DNA of 64,000 nt from Patescibacteria group bacterium. GTDB lineage: Bacteria > Patescibacteriota > Patescibacteriia > GWA2-46-9. Every line of letters starts with the position of its first letter. The stretch's first letter is position 1. Below, one piece after another: positions 27,470 through 36,662 of this stretch. A program made the translations under genes and the position numbers. The notes under the pieces were generated by a model. It made no database searches. It was not told where the DNA came from and saw nothing but the letters and a program-made list of their open reading frames with translations. The DNA is taken from contig JBAYUF010000005.1 in assembly GCA_041675205.1 (NCBI GenBank), positions 6,159 through 70,158 of the forward strand, read 5' to 3'.

Positions 27470-28792
27470 ATGGTAGACATTCGAAATGTCACACGCGATG
27501 ACTTACCTGTTGTCGCCGAGATGATGCACGAGGCGCTCGATCCGTACTACGGAGGAGATCACCGTGCACACGCGAAACGTATCGTCGAAACCGCCGCAGA
27601 AGGGAGTGCGGATACGAAGGGGCATTTTTCAGCAGCGCAGATCATGTACGTGGCGGAAGAAGAAGGGCAGATTATCGGCCTTCTCAACTTCGTGGTCAAG
27701 CATCAAGGGACGCTGAAGGTCAGTCCGCTCATCGTCCTCGAAGCTGCGCGAGGGAAAGGCGTCGGTCGTCTTCTGTTGCAGAAAATGGAAGCGTACGCGA
27801 AGGAGTACGGTATTCGGCAGATTTACTGTACCGTTGCAGCTCAGAACAAGCTCGCGTTGTCGTACTTCCTCGGCCATGGCTTCATTCGGGCGGGCATGGC
27901 GCATGGACACTACCGGCCCAACGCAGACGAGTGCATGCTGTACAAAGTTGTTGAACATGGACCGCTTCCCGAGGAACGTCTCATCTCCGTGCTACCGATG
28001 ATTGACGACGAAAAACCGCAAGTGCGCGCGTTCGTCAAGGCTCGTCTTGCGCCATACTTCGAAGGCGTCGATGACCGGTGGATGGATGCTCTCTTCGCAG
28101 GGTACGCGCGCAAAGACAGTCGTGACCCCAATGAAAAGTACAAGATCATTTGGGTTGCCAAAGCATCCGACGGCACTGTCCTTGGTGTTGCCGCGGCCAC
28201 ACCGAAGAAGGGGGAGCCAATCAAGTTGATGCCACTCGTGGCAGAAGACATCCGGGCATTCTCAGCCCTCGTTGCGGAGCTCCCTGGTTTACTCCGCGAG
28301 TATGGGCATAAGCTCTACACGCATACCGTACCAACGAGTGTTGAAGCTGAGACGCTTCAGCACCATGGATGGCAGGTGGAAGCGATGATGCCCGAGGCAT
28401 ACAAATGTGGCGTGGTCACCCAACAATGGGGACTCGCACTAGAGGAGAAGGTTATGAAAACAATGCGAGTGAAGCGACAGTATTTCGACGCGATCATGGC
28501 TGGCACTAAGCCGATCGAAGCTCGCGTGGGGTACGACAACATCCGGCGGATCCAGGGCGGAGACAATATTCAGTTGGAATGTGGACGACTCTCGGGGGTC
28601 GTGCAAGTTGTCGACGTACGCGTCTACCGCACGTTCGAGGAGATGCTCCAGACGGAAAATGCTAGGAACATCGTTCCTGACAATCCGGTTGGCGCGCTGG
28701 AAGTTCTCCAGCACATCTATCCACCCGAGAAGGAAAAGCTTGGTGTCTACGTGTTTGAGCTGATGGTGCTGAGGGGTCCGGTTTCTCGGTAG
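27470..28792 (+). CDS. Tandem GNAT domains fused to a C-terminal ASCH domain
   Basis: ARGKGVGRLLL motif A; C-terminal FDAIMAGTKPIEARV..GDNIQL. Confidence 0.8.
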   Translation: MVDIRNVTRDDLPVVAEMMHEALDPYYGGDHRAHAKRIVETAAEGSADTKGHFSAAQIMYVAEEEGQIIGLLNFVVKHQGTLKVSPLIVLEAARGKGVGRLLLQKMEAYAKEYGIRQIYCTVAAQNKLALSYFLGHGFIRAGMAHGHYRPNADECMLYKVVEHGPLPEERLISVLPMIDDEKPQVRAFVKARLAPYFEGVDDRWMDALFAGYARKDSRDPNEKYKIIWVAKASDGTVLGVAAATPKKGEPIKLMPLVAEDIRAFSALVAELPGLLREYGHKLYTHTVPTSVEAETLQHHGWQVEAMMPEAYKCGVVTQQWGLALEEKVMKTMRVKRQYFDAIMAGTKPIEARVGYDNIRRIQGGDNIQLECGRLSGVVQVVDVRVYRTFEEMLQTENARNIVPDNPVGALEVLQHIYPPEKEKLGVYVFELMVLRGPVSR

Positions 28793-28806
28793 GTCGGTTT
28801 CGTAGA

Positions 28807-28847
28807 GCGGGCGGTTATCAGTAATGGTAACCGCCCGCCAGTTTTTT
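28807..28847 (+). terminator. Intrinsic terminator
   Basis: GCGGGCGGTTATC/GGTAACCGCCCGC stem followed by a T run. Confidence 0.7.
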
Positions 28848-28934
28848 CCTACCTTCCATGGACAGGATTTTTTCTTTTGTTAACTACAGCCTATTCGTAA
28901 AGTTTACAATGCGGTAGTCTGAACTCAATAGATT

Positions 28935-30068
28935 ATGCGTACAAATTCACAAGTTATATTAGGAGTGATTGTGGGCGCTGTTGTTGTTGCCGCCTTGGTT
29001 TATGCTTGGCAGCGTTTCGCAGTGTCTGACGAACCGCAGCCAATTAATTCAATTAATAAACTGGGCGAAGCCTTTCAGCAGGAGGGGAACCTTGTTAAAG
29101 ATGGTCCAGGCTTCAAGCCAGGTGTTTGGTATCTCATATATGAAGCGCCGGGGCAGCCGGGTTTGAGTGTTGAACTTTCTTTTGATGCAAATAGTACCTG
29201 TGTGATATTAGAAAAAAGCTCGGCTTGTCAGCTGTCCGATTTACAAATAGGGGACCGCGCAGCAGTGGAAGGCTATATCTTGGAATCGTTAGTGAATGTA
29301 GAAAAAATAATAGTGATTTCGCGAGCAGACCAAGTTCCGGATAAAAGCGATCTCATTCAAGCAACCATGCCTGTCGCAAATCAAGTCGTTGCCAGTCCGC
29401 TTGTGATTGCAGGAAAAGCGCGTGGCACCTGGTACTTCGAGGCATCATTTCCCGTAAGTTTGTATGACGCCAATAATAAACTTTTGGGGTCCACGCCTGC
29501 GCAAGCCGAGAGCGACTGGATGACGACGGAATTCGTGCCATTTAGGACAACGTTAACGTTTACGAAACCAACAACCGCAATCGGAACGTTAGTGCTTCAA
29601 AAAGATAATCCATCCGGCCTGCCAGAGCATGACGATGAGCTTCGCATTCCTGTTACGTTTTCAACGGCAACGCGACCCATAAAACTCTATTACTATAATC
29701 CCAATCTCGATAAAGACGGCAGCGGTAACATTTTATGTTCTGCCAACGGGTTAGTGTCTGTTGAGCGAGTAATTCCCGTTACCACAGTACCCATTCAAGA
29801 CACGGTTCGACAGCTGTTACGTGGGGACCTAACGGTTACGGAAAAAATACTGGGCATCTCAACCGAGTTTCCGCTGGCAGGTGTTGAGTTGGAGGGAGTG
29901 TCACTTTTGAACGGCGTCCTTACATTAAATTTCAGCGATCCTCAGAACAGGACGGGTGGCGGTTCTTGTCGGGTGGGCATTTTGTGGGCGCAAATTGAAG
30001 CTACTGCCAAGCAATTTCCCGAAGTGAAAAGTGTCCGTTTTACGCCAGAAGAGCTTTTTCAACCGTAA
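28935..30068 (+). CDS. Gmad2 Ig-like plus GerMN domain surface protein
   Basis: GKARGTWYFEASFPV, KDNPSG, GGSCRV..QIEATAKQF. Confidence 0.85.
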   Translation: MRTNSQVILGVIVGAVVVAALVYAWQRFAVSDEPQPINSINKLGEAFQQEGNLVKDGPGFKPGVWYLIYEAPGQPGLSVELSFDANSTCVILEKSSACQLSDLQIGDRAAVEGYILESLVNVEKIIVISRADQVPDKSDLIQATMPVANQVVASPLVIAGKARGTWYFEASFPVSLYDANNKLLGSTPAQAESDWMTTEFVPFRTTLTFTKPTTAIGTLVLQKDNPSGLPEHDDELRIPVTFSTATRPIKLYYYNPNLDKDGSGNILCSANGLVSVERVIPVTTVPIQDTVRQLLRGDLTVTEKILGISTEFPLAGVELEGVSLLNGVLTLNFSDPQNRTGGGSCRVGILWAQIEATAKQFPEVKSVRFTPEELFQP

Positions 30069-30090
30069 TATTTTTCCATAAACTCAGTTT

Positions 30091-30753
30091 ATGGAAATCG
30101 ACGAATTACAACCTATTGCAGGTGAAAAGAAGTATATAATTTTCGATCTTTCTGAAGTTTTATTAACGGGCATTAAAGATACTGGTTTAGCGCTTGCTGA
30201 GAAGCATCAACTGAGCGTTGCAAAAGAGCATACCGCCGCATGGACTCACCACGCGACACCCTTGTTGACGCCGTTAGTAAAGGAATTTTTCAATGGGAAC
30301 GTGAGCGAAGATGAATACATCAACGAAGTTCTCGCCACCTATCCGCAACTTGGTGAGGCTGAGTCACTGAAGCAACATATTAGAAATAACTTTAAGGAAG
30401 TCGAAGGAACGAGGGATATTATTATAAATCTAAAAACATCAGGTTACACGCTGGCTCTATTCTCCGTCCATGCGAAAGAATGGGTGGACTATTGTGAACA
30501 GAAATTTAACTATCATGACCTGTTTGATGTGCGTGTTTATTCCTATGAAGACAAGGTTTCTAAACCAGATCCTGTTTCATTCCAAAAAGTACTTTCACGT
30601 CTCGCAGCTGATCCAGCAGAGTGCCTCTTTATCGACGATTCAGTGTTCAATATTGAAGCCGCAAGAAATTTAGGCATTCATTCTATTTTATTCACAACGG
30701 CCGATGAGCTGCAGAGTGAGTTGAGGATAATGCTGCCAGATCTCGCACCATAG
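30091..30753 (+). CDS. HAD family phosphatase
   Basis: IIFDLSEVL, KPDP and FIDDS motifs. Confidence 0.85.
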   Translation: MEIDELQPIAGEKKYIIFDLSEVLLTGIKDTGLALAEKHQLSVAKEHTAAWTHHATPLLTPLVKEFFNGNVSEDEYINEVLATYPQLGEAESLKQHIRNNFKEVEGTRDIIINLKTSGYTLALFSVHAKEWVDYCEQKFNYHDLFDVRVYSYEDKVSKPDPVSFQKVLSRLAADPAECLFIDDSVFNIEAARNLGIHSILFTTADELQSELRIMLPDLAP

Positions 30754-30824
30754 TGCGCCATTTATACCAGTTTTGCTGTTTTGCGAACCACGACCTACAG
30801 AAGAGAACATGATAAACTTCAATT

Positions 30825-32591
30825 ATGAACGCTGAACAACAGGGCGTTAATTTTACATCCTGGCAACTAATTAAGGATATTTTTCAACTGACTAAGCCTT
30901 ATAAGTTTAGGTTTATTGTCGCGTCGTTAATTAGAGTAGCGGGCGACCTTGCGCAACTTTATCCGGCGTTTGCTTTTGCCTCTACTGTTGTATTTCTGAC
31001 TCACTATAGTGCCGGGCAGTCGCTAACTCCTTTATGGGTGATTATAGGTTTATGGTTTGGGGCAACAATAATTCGAGCACTCAGTCAGTTTTTCTCGAAA
31101 TTTAGCGGCTACTGGATTGCTGAAAGAGTCGCCTTAGACGTTACCTTAAAAGCAGTTCAGCACCTGTTTCTTCTTGATATGGTGTGGCATGAGCGAGAGA
31201 ATTCCGGAAATAAAATAAAGAGGGTTCAGAATGCCGCAGATGCCTACACTAAGATTTTACGTCTTTGGTTTAACAGCATTATTGAGGTTATTGTAAACCT
31301 TGTTGCCATCAGCATAATCATTTCACGGTTTGACCATACGGTATTAGGGGTATTAATAGTTTTTTTGATTAGCTACTTCATTATCTCCGCAATCATGACC
31401 CGAAGGGCGGGGAATGCATCGTATGCGGTGAACGCCCGTGAGGAAGATGTGAACGGATTGTTATTTGAAGCAATCAATAATATCCGAACAGTTAAGGTCA
31501 TGGCCATGGCGAAAACGTTATATGCAACGATTGTAAAGGGTACCGAAGCTTTGTTTGGCAAGATACTCATACGAATCTTTTGGTATCAATCAAGAAATTC
31601 CTTCCTCTCGTTTTGGGCAGCAGCATTTAAAATTGGCATCATTGTAATAATCGTCAAAGGCATTATGGTGGGCAACTATGAAATAGGATTTCTCATTTTG
31701 TTCAATAGTTATTTTTCAGATTTGAGGGAGTCAATTGATGAACTTTCTGTCGCGAGCGTAGATTTTGTAACCTCACGTTTTAGTATAGCGAGAATGAGGA
31801 CCATTCTAGACGAACCAGTGACGATAGATGATGAAAATAAAAAAAATATACTTCCCACAGAGTGGCAAAAAATTGTATTGAAGAATGTATCGTTTGCCTA
31901 TGGCGAGAATGAAGTTCTGAATGACATATCCTTTGAAGTACGACGTGGGGAAAAAGTTGGCATTGTTGGACTTTCCGGAGCCGGAAAATCAACATTGTTT
32001 AAACTGCTTCTTAAAGAGCGAGAAGATTATAGTGGCGATGTCTTCTTTGACGATTTATCAATTAAATTAATTAGCAAAATTGACTACTTCAAACATGTTT
32101 CCGTTGTGCTTCAGGATACAGAGGTTTTCAACTTTTCTCTCAAAGATAACATTACAATCACAAATAATAAGAAGAAAACAAATCAAAAATTACTGCAACA
32201 GGCGCTCACAACCGCCCACATGGCTGAGGTGGTTAACAAACTCCCCAACGGCCTAGATACGATTATAGGAGAAAAAGGCGTGAAACTTTCCGGTGGGGAA
32301 AGACAGCGGTTGGGTATCGCTCGAGCGGTGTTTAAGGAGCCACAAATTCTCCTTCTCGATGAAGCTACTTCACACTTAGATTTGGAATCAGAACAGAAAA
32401 TTCGTGATTCGCTACACAAGTTTTTTGAAAATGTAACTGCAATTGTCATCGCCCATAGGCTCACAACAATTAAAGAGATGGACAAAATATTAGTTATTGA
32501 AGACGGAAAAATTGTCGAAAGCGGCACTTTTGACGAACTTCAGGCACGCGGCGGTAGATTCCGAGAACTGTGGGATAAACAGAAATTGTAA
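30825..32591 (+). CDS. ABC transporter, fused permease/ATPase
   Basis: GLSGAGKST, LSGGERQR, LDEATS; N-terminal TMs. Confidence 0.95.
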   Translation: MNAEQQGVNFTSWQLIKDIFQLTKPYKFRFIVASLIRVAGDLAQLYPAFAFASTVVFLTHYSAGQSLTPLWVIIGLWFGATIIRALSQFFSKFSGYWIAERVALDVTLKAVQHLFLLDMVWHERENSGNKIKRVQNAADAYTKILRLWFNSIIEVIVNLVAISIIISRFDHTVLGVLIVFLISYFIISAIMTRRAGNASYAVNAREEDVNGLLFEAINNIRTVKVMAMAKTLYATIVKGTEALFGKILIRIFWYQSRNSFLSFWAAAFKIGIIVIIVKGIMVGNYEIGFLILFNSYFSDLRESIDELSVASVDFVTSRFSIARMRTILDEPVTIDDENKKNILPTEWQKIVLKNVSFAYGENEVLNDISFEVRRGEKVGIVGLSGAGKSTLFKLLLKEREDYSGDVFFDDLSIKLISKIDYFKHVSVVLQDTEVFNFSLKDNITITNNKKKTNQKLLQQALTTAHMAEVVNKLPNGLDTIIGEKGVKLSGGERQRLGIARAVFKEPQILLLDEATSHLDLESEQKIRDSLHKFFENVTAIVIAHRLTTIKEMDKILVIEDGKIVESGTFDELQARGGRFRELWDKQKL

Positions 32592-32796
32592 ATTACGTCG
32601 TAGCGTTTTTGCTCTACATGTGCGAAAATTAAACTGAACAGAGTAGAATATAATGGCACGCTAGACTCGTTTCGGGAGAATAAGAAATTCACGAGAAGTT
32701 TAATAGGGGCTGTTTGAAGTTAACTGTGATAAACTCAAAATGAAGATTTTATAATGGTAGTATTTATATTGTTTAATACATTCATAGCGAGTATAT

Positions 32797-33183
32797 ATGG
32801 ATACAACGATTTTCCTCGCCAAGATATGGGGACCTGTTATCTTAGCTGTTGGGCTTGGCGTTTTTGTGAGTCGTAGCTACTACATTAAAATATATAGAGA
32901 CTTAGAAAAGGAAACGCTCGCTGTGCTTATCTTTGGCATGGTAGGGATGGCCGCCGGTATTGCCCAGGTACTTTCGCATAACGTTTGGGGCACACTTTCA
33001 CAAATTATTATCAGCCTGCTCGGCTGGGGGCTACTTATTAAAGGTTTAACATTTGCCATTACTCCTCGAATCGTTGATTGGAGCGGCAATTTGGTTAGCA
33101 ACACCAAGCTGATTTCTTTCGTGGGAGTATTCACTCTTGTAGTTGGTGCGTATCTCTCCTCGGTTGGTTATTTCGGTTTTTAG
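32797..33183 (+). CDS. Small integral membrane protein
   Basis: Four hydrophobic helices; HNVW motif. Confidence 0.7.
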   Translation: MDTTIFLAKIWGPVILAVGLGVFVSRSYYIKIYRDLEKETLAVLIFGMVGMAAGIAQVLSHNVWGTLSQIIISLLGWGLLIKGLTFAITPRIVDWSGNLVSNTKLISFVGVFTLVVGAYLSSVGYFGF

Positions 33184-33210
33184 CTATAAAGCAAAGAGCT
33201 ACATTGCGTG

Positions 33211-33624
33211 ATGTCTTTTTTATCTGAAAGAACATGGGCACGACACGCTAACCCATGGAGCGGATGGACGCGGGTGCTGACTATGCCTGTGCTTGCCGCA
33301 GGACTCTACAGGCATAGTTTTTTAATTCTTGGAGCGGCGGTGGTTTGGATGGTAATTAATCCGATGGTTTTTTCGAAACCAAAAAGAGTAAATAACTGGA
33401 TGAGCAAGGGAGTACTTGGTGAGCAACGGTACTACCGAGAGGGAAAGAAATTTAAAAGGGATTTACCAACATTATTGAACGTTATCAACGTTCCTGTTTT
33501 TGTTTCTTTTTTGTACTTTGGTTGGCAACAAGAGTTTGTGCCGATGATTCAGGCGGGTCTACTCACCATGACTATTAAGTTCTGGTTTATTGATCGGATG
33601 TATCGTTTGGCTGATGAGGTTTAG
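33211..33624 (+). CDS. DUF6653-like membrane protein
   Basis: WARHANPWSGWTR, SKGVLGE and KFWFIDRM motifs. Confidence 0.75.
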   Translation: MSFLSERTWARHANPWSGWTRVLTMPVLAAGLYRHSFLILGAAVVWMVINPMVFSKPKRVNNWMSKGVLGEQRYYREGKKFKRDLPTLLNVINVPVFVSFLYFGWQQEFVPMIQAGLLTMTIKFWFIDRMYRLADEV

Positions 33625-33810
33625 TAAGTCAACGTATGAAGCTATAACGCGCAAGCCCCAGTCAAAAAAGTTCTGCTCATGAGGGCGAAACTTTTGTTAT
33701 CCTCATATTCTAAAATGTAAAGTCAACTTGACATACAAATTGTGAAGGTTTACGCTAAGGACAGTATTCAAAGTGTCTCTTGGTTCACTTGAGACGCTGC
33801 TAATAATTTT

Positions 33811-34398
33811 ATGAATAACAAAATAATCGCAATTGCAGTTACCGCGCTTGTCGTGATTGGTGGTGTCATTATGTACGCCAACCGCCCAGGTACAGCACCC
33901 GTAGACACGTCCGATAGCATGATGAATGAGGATAGTAACGTACCGGCTGACGCTATGATGGGCGACGAGGCAACAGAAGAAGGAGAAAAAATGATGCTCG
34001 ACGACGGCACGTCAAAAGACAAAAATAGCATGATGGAGCAAAAGGATGATAGCGCCATGATGAAGTCATCGGCTGGAACTTACGTCGACTTTTCCCCAGA
34101 AGTTTTAGCGGCGGCGCAAAACGAACAAAAAGAGGGACGTAAAATTGTACTCTTTTTTCACGCAGCATGGTGCCCTTTTTGTATAGCGGCGGACAAGGAT
34201 TTTCGTGAGACGCTTGCAATGAATAGTTTTCCAGCCAATGTGACGCTCATAAAAACTGATTACGATACGCAAAAGGAGCTAAAGAAGAAATACGGCGTAA
34301 CCAATCAACACACTTTTGTGCAAATCGATTCAAACGGCAATCAGATTACAAAGTGGGTGAGTGGGGAAACTGCGTCGCTCATTGCTAACGTTCGGTAG
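33811..34398 (+). CDS. Membrane-anchored thioredoxin family protein
   Basis: FFHAAWCPFC; Met-rich linker. Confidence 0.88.
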   Translation: MNNKIIAIAVTALVVIGGVIMYANRPGTAPVDTSDSMMNEDSNVPADAMMGDEATEEGEKMMLDDGTSKDKNSMMEQKDDSAMMKSSAGTYVDFSPEVLAAAQNEQKEGRKIVLFFHAAWCPFCIAADKDFRETLAMNSFPANVTLIKTDYDTQKELKKKYGVTNQHTFVQIDSNGNQITKWVSGETASLIANVR

Positions 34399-34415
34399 TC
34401 GTTCAACAGATTTCT

Positions 34416-36041
34416 ATGGTACATATTGCCCTTGCATTCGTTGCCGGCGTCTTAACCATAGCGGCGCCGTGTATTCTCCTGCCTCTGCCAATTATCTTTG
34501 GTGGCTCTGTCGGAGTGAGAAGTAAAACCCGGCCGTTGTTTATCACGTTAGGATTCGTGGTCAGCTTTTCGGTGGTGGCCTTGCTGATCTCCTATTTAAC
34601 GCAGCACCTCGGGCTTGATCCGAACACATTGCGTACGGCCGCCGTCGTGTTGCTTGGGGCCTTTGCATTGTTCATGATTTGGCCGACGCCGTTTGAGCGG
34701 CTCATGGCGCACTTCAGTGGGTTACTGAATCGAGCAGCAGTGATGGGACAGCAAACAGGACAAGGAAACCTTGGCGGGTTTGTACTCGGTATGATTATTG
34801 GGATTTTGTGGGCTCCTTGTGCTGGCCCAATTCTCGGGTCCATATTGACGCTGGTCGCTTTGCAAGAGAATCTCGGCGAAGCAAGCCTGCTGTTGGTTGC
34901 CTATGCAGTTGGTGCTGGTTTACCTATGCTGGCAATTGCGTATGGAGGACAGGCACTAACGACAAAAATTAAGAGTATATCCAAGTACGCACAGCGATTG
35001 CAGCAGGGTTTCGGTATCATTCTTTTACTTTTGGCCACAGCTGTTTATTTTCAATACGATACGGTTGTTCAGGCCGCCTTGGTCAAGCGACTGCCTGTAT
35101 TTAGTGTGACGCTTGAAGAAAAACTTACGTCAGCCTTTTCTCCTGCAGCACCTGGTACGAAGAACGATTACGGCGCTGCACCGGATTTTGTCGGCATAGC
35201 GAACTGGCTAAACACTGATCCTCTAAAAATCGCCGATTTGCGCGGCAAGGTTGTCCTTGTCGATTTCTGGACCTATAGCTGCATTAACTGTATTCGTACT
35301 TTACCGTACATTACAAAGTGGTATGACAAATACCAGGACGAGGGTCTTGTCATTGTGGGTGTGCATACCCCTGAATTTGCATTCGAAGAAAATACCAATA
35401 ACGTGGCTACTGCTTTGGTGCAGCACGGAATTAGGTATCCTGTGGCTCAAGATAATGATTATCAAACCTGGCGGGCGTACAACAATCGCTACTGGCCTGC
35501 TAAGTATCTCATTGACCAAAATGGACGCATTGTTTACACCCATTTTGGTGAAGGAAACTATGAGGAGACAGAGGCGGCAATTCGGTCGTTGCTAGGACTT
35601 AGTTCGGTCGATGGCGAAGAAGAAAAGCCTCGCGCTAGCAGTAAGTCCCCGGAAATGTATTTGGGAACTGATCGCATTGCGAACCTAGCACCCCAGCAAA
35701 AACCATCGGCTGATGCAGCAACGTACATTTTACCCCCATCGCTACTACTCAATCAGTTTGCACTGGCGGGGGAGTGGCGATTTAGTCCGGAGTTTGTATC
35801 GACGGTGGCACCTGGTGCTCGTGTGCGTTTACGATTTAACGCTGGTAAAGTTTTTATGGTTGCTAGCGCATCGAAACCAGCAACCATCTCGGTGCTGGTC
35901 GACGACGAGCCGCAACCCGATGTTGTTGTTAGCGCCGCAACACTGTATACATTATTTGATTCGGATGATTATCGTGAACATACCCTTGAGTTCATTGTCC
36001 CAGAGTCTGGTTTTGAACTCTTTACGTTTACCTTCGGATAG
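34416..36041 (+). CDS. dipZ: DipZ-like protein (CcdA/DsbD TM domain plus redoxin)
   Basis: APCILLP, WAPCAGPIL, DFWTYSCINC and GVHTPEF motifs. Confidence 0.9.
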   Translation: MVHIALAFVAGVLTIAAPCILLPLPIIFGGSVGVRSKTRPLFITLGFVVSFSVVALLISYLTQHLGLDPNTLRTAAVVLLGAFALFMIWPTPFERLMAHFSGLLNRAAVMGQQTGQGNLGGFVLGMIIGILWAPCAGPILGSILTLVALQENLGEASLLLVAYAVGAGLPMLAIAYGGQALTTKIKSISKYAQRLQQGFGIILLLLATAVYFQYDTVVQAALVKRLPVFSVTLEEKLTSAFSPAAPGTKNDYGAAPDFVGIANWLNTDPLKIADLRGKVVLVDFWTYSCINCIRTLPYITKWYDKYQDEGLVIVGVHTPEFAFEENTNNVATALVQHGIRYPVAQDNDYQTWRAYNNRYWPAKYLIDQNGRIVYTHFGEGNYEETEAAIRSLLGLSSVDGEEEKPRASSKSPEMYLGTDRIANLAPQQKPSADAATYILPPSLLLNQFALAGEWRFSPEFVSTVAPGARVRLRFNAGKVFMVASASKPATISVLVDDEPQPDVVVSAATLYTLFDSDDYREHTLEFIVPESGFELFTFTFG

Positions 36042-36046
36042 TCGTT

Positions 36047-36247
36047 ATGCCTGTGTATAATGACATCAAGAAAATGAGGATGGCCAAAGGTATCACGCAA
36101 GATGAATTGGCAACTGCAGCTGGCGTCTCTCGTCAAACGATTGTGGCTATAGAGAAGGGGAACTATACACCCTCGCTCCTACTTGCCATGGACTTGGCCC
36201 ACATTTTTAAGGTGCCGGTCGAAAGGCTTTTTAGTATAAAAAAATAG
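36047..36247 (+). CDS. XRE-family HTH regulator
   Basis: TQDELA..GVSRQTIVAIEKGNYTPSL. Confidence 0.92.
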   Translation: MPVYNDIKKMRMAKGITQDELATAAGVSRQTIVAIEKGNYTPSLLLAMDLAHIFKVPVERLFSIKK

Positions 36248-36249
36248 TT

Positions 36250-36612
36250 ATGAAAATAATTTATTACAATCTGTTCCTTCTGATTTTCTTTATACTTTTT
36301 GCAGGTTTTTTGATGAGTACCCCCATGGCAACAATGAGTATGACTGAGGGCGTGACCATCGCTATCGTACTCGGTTTGTATGTTGTAGCGATGTCGCTTG
36401 TTGGTGAGGGCAAAGTTGTTGATGAACGAGGAATGCTTCACCGATACCTAGCCAATCGTTGGGCTCTTGTGTCCGGAACGACCGTGTTAACCCTCGGAGT
36501 CGTATATCAGCTATTTGTCAGTCATGAACTCGACTACTGGCTACTCAGCACCTTAATTGCTATTAATGTCGTCAAAATTGTCGGTCTAATATATTCTGAG
36601 TACCGGCGATAA
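36250..36612 (+). CDS. Membrane protein (DER motif) paired with the XRE regulator
   Basis: Four TM segments; DERG motif. Confidence 0.7.
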   Translation: MKIIYYNLFLLIFFILFAGFLMSTPMATMSMTEGVTIAIVLGLYVVAMSLVGEGKVVDERGMLHRYLANRWALVSGTTVLTLGVVYQLFVSHELDYWLLSTLIAINVVKIVGLIYSEYRR

Positions 36613-36662
36613 ACACTTCTGAGTTACTAGATTTTTTTAAATTCTAATGTGCTCACGCTGTG

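Noticed and set aside
28830-28842. GCCCGCCA as another array junction
   Set aside because: It is the 3' arm of the GNAT-ASCH terminator and has no matching left or right half.
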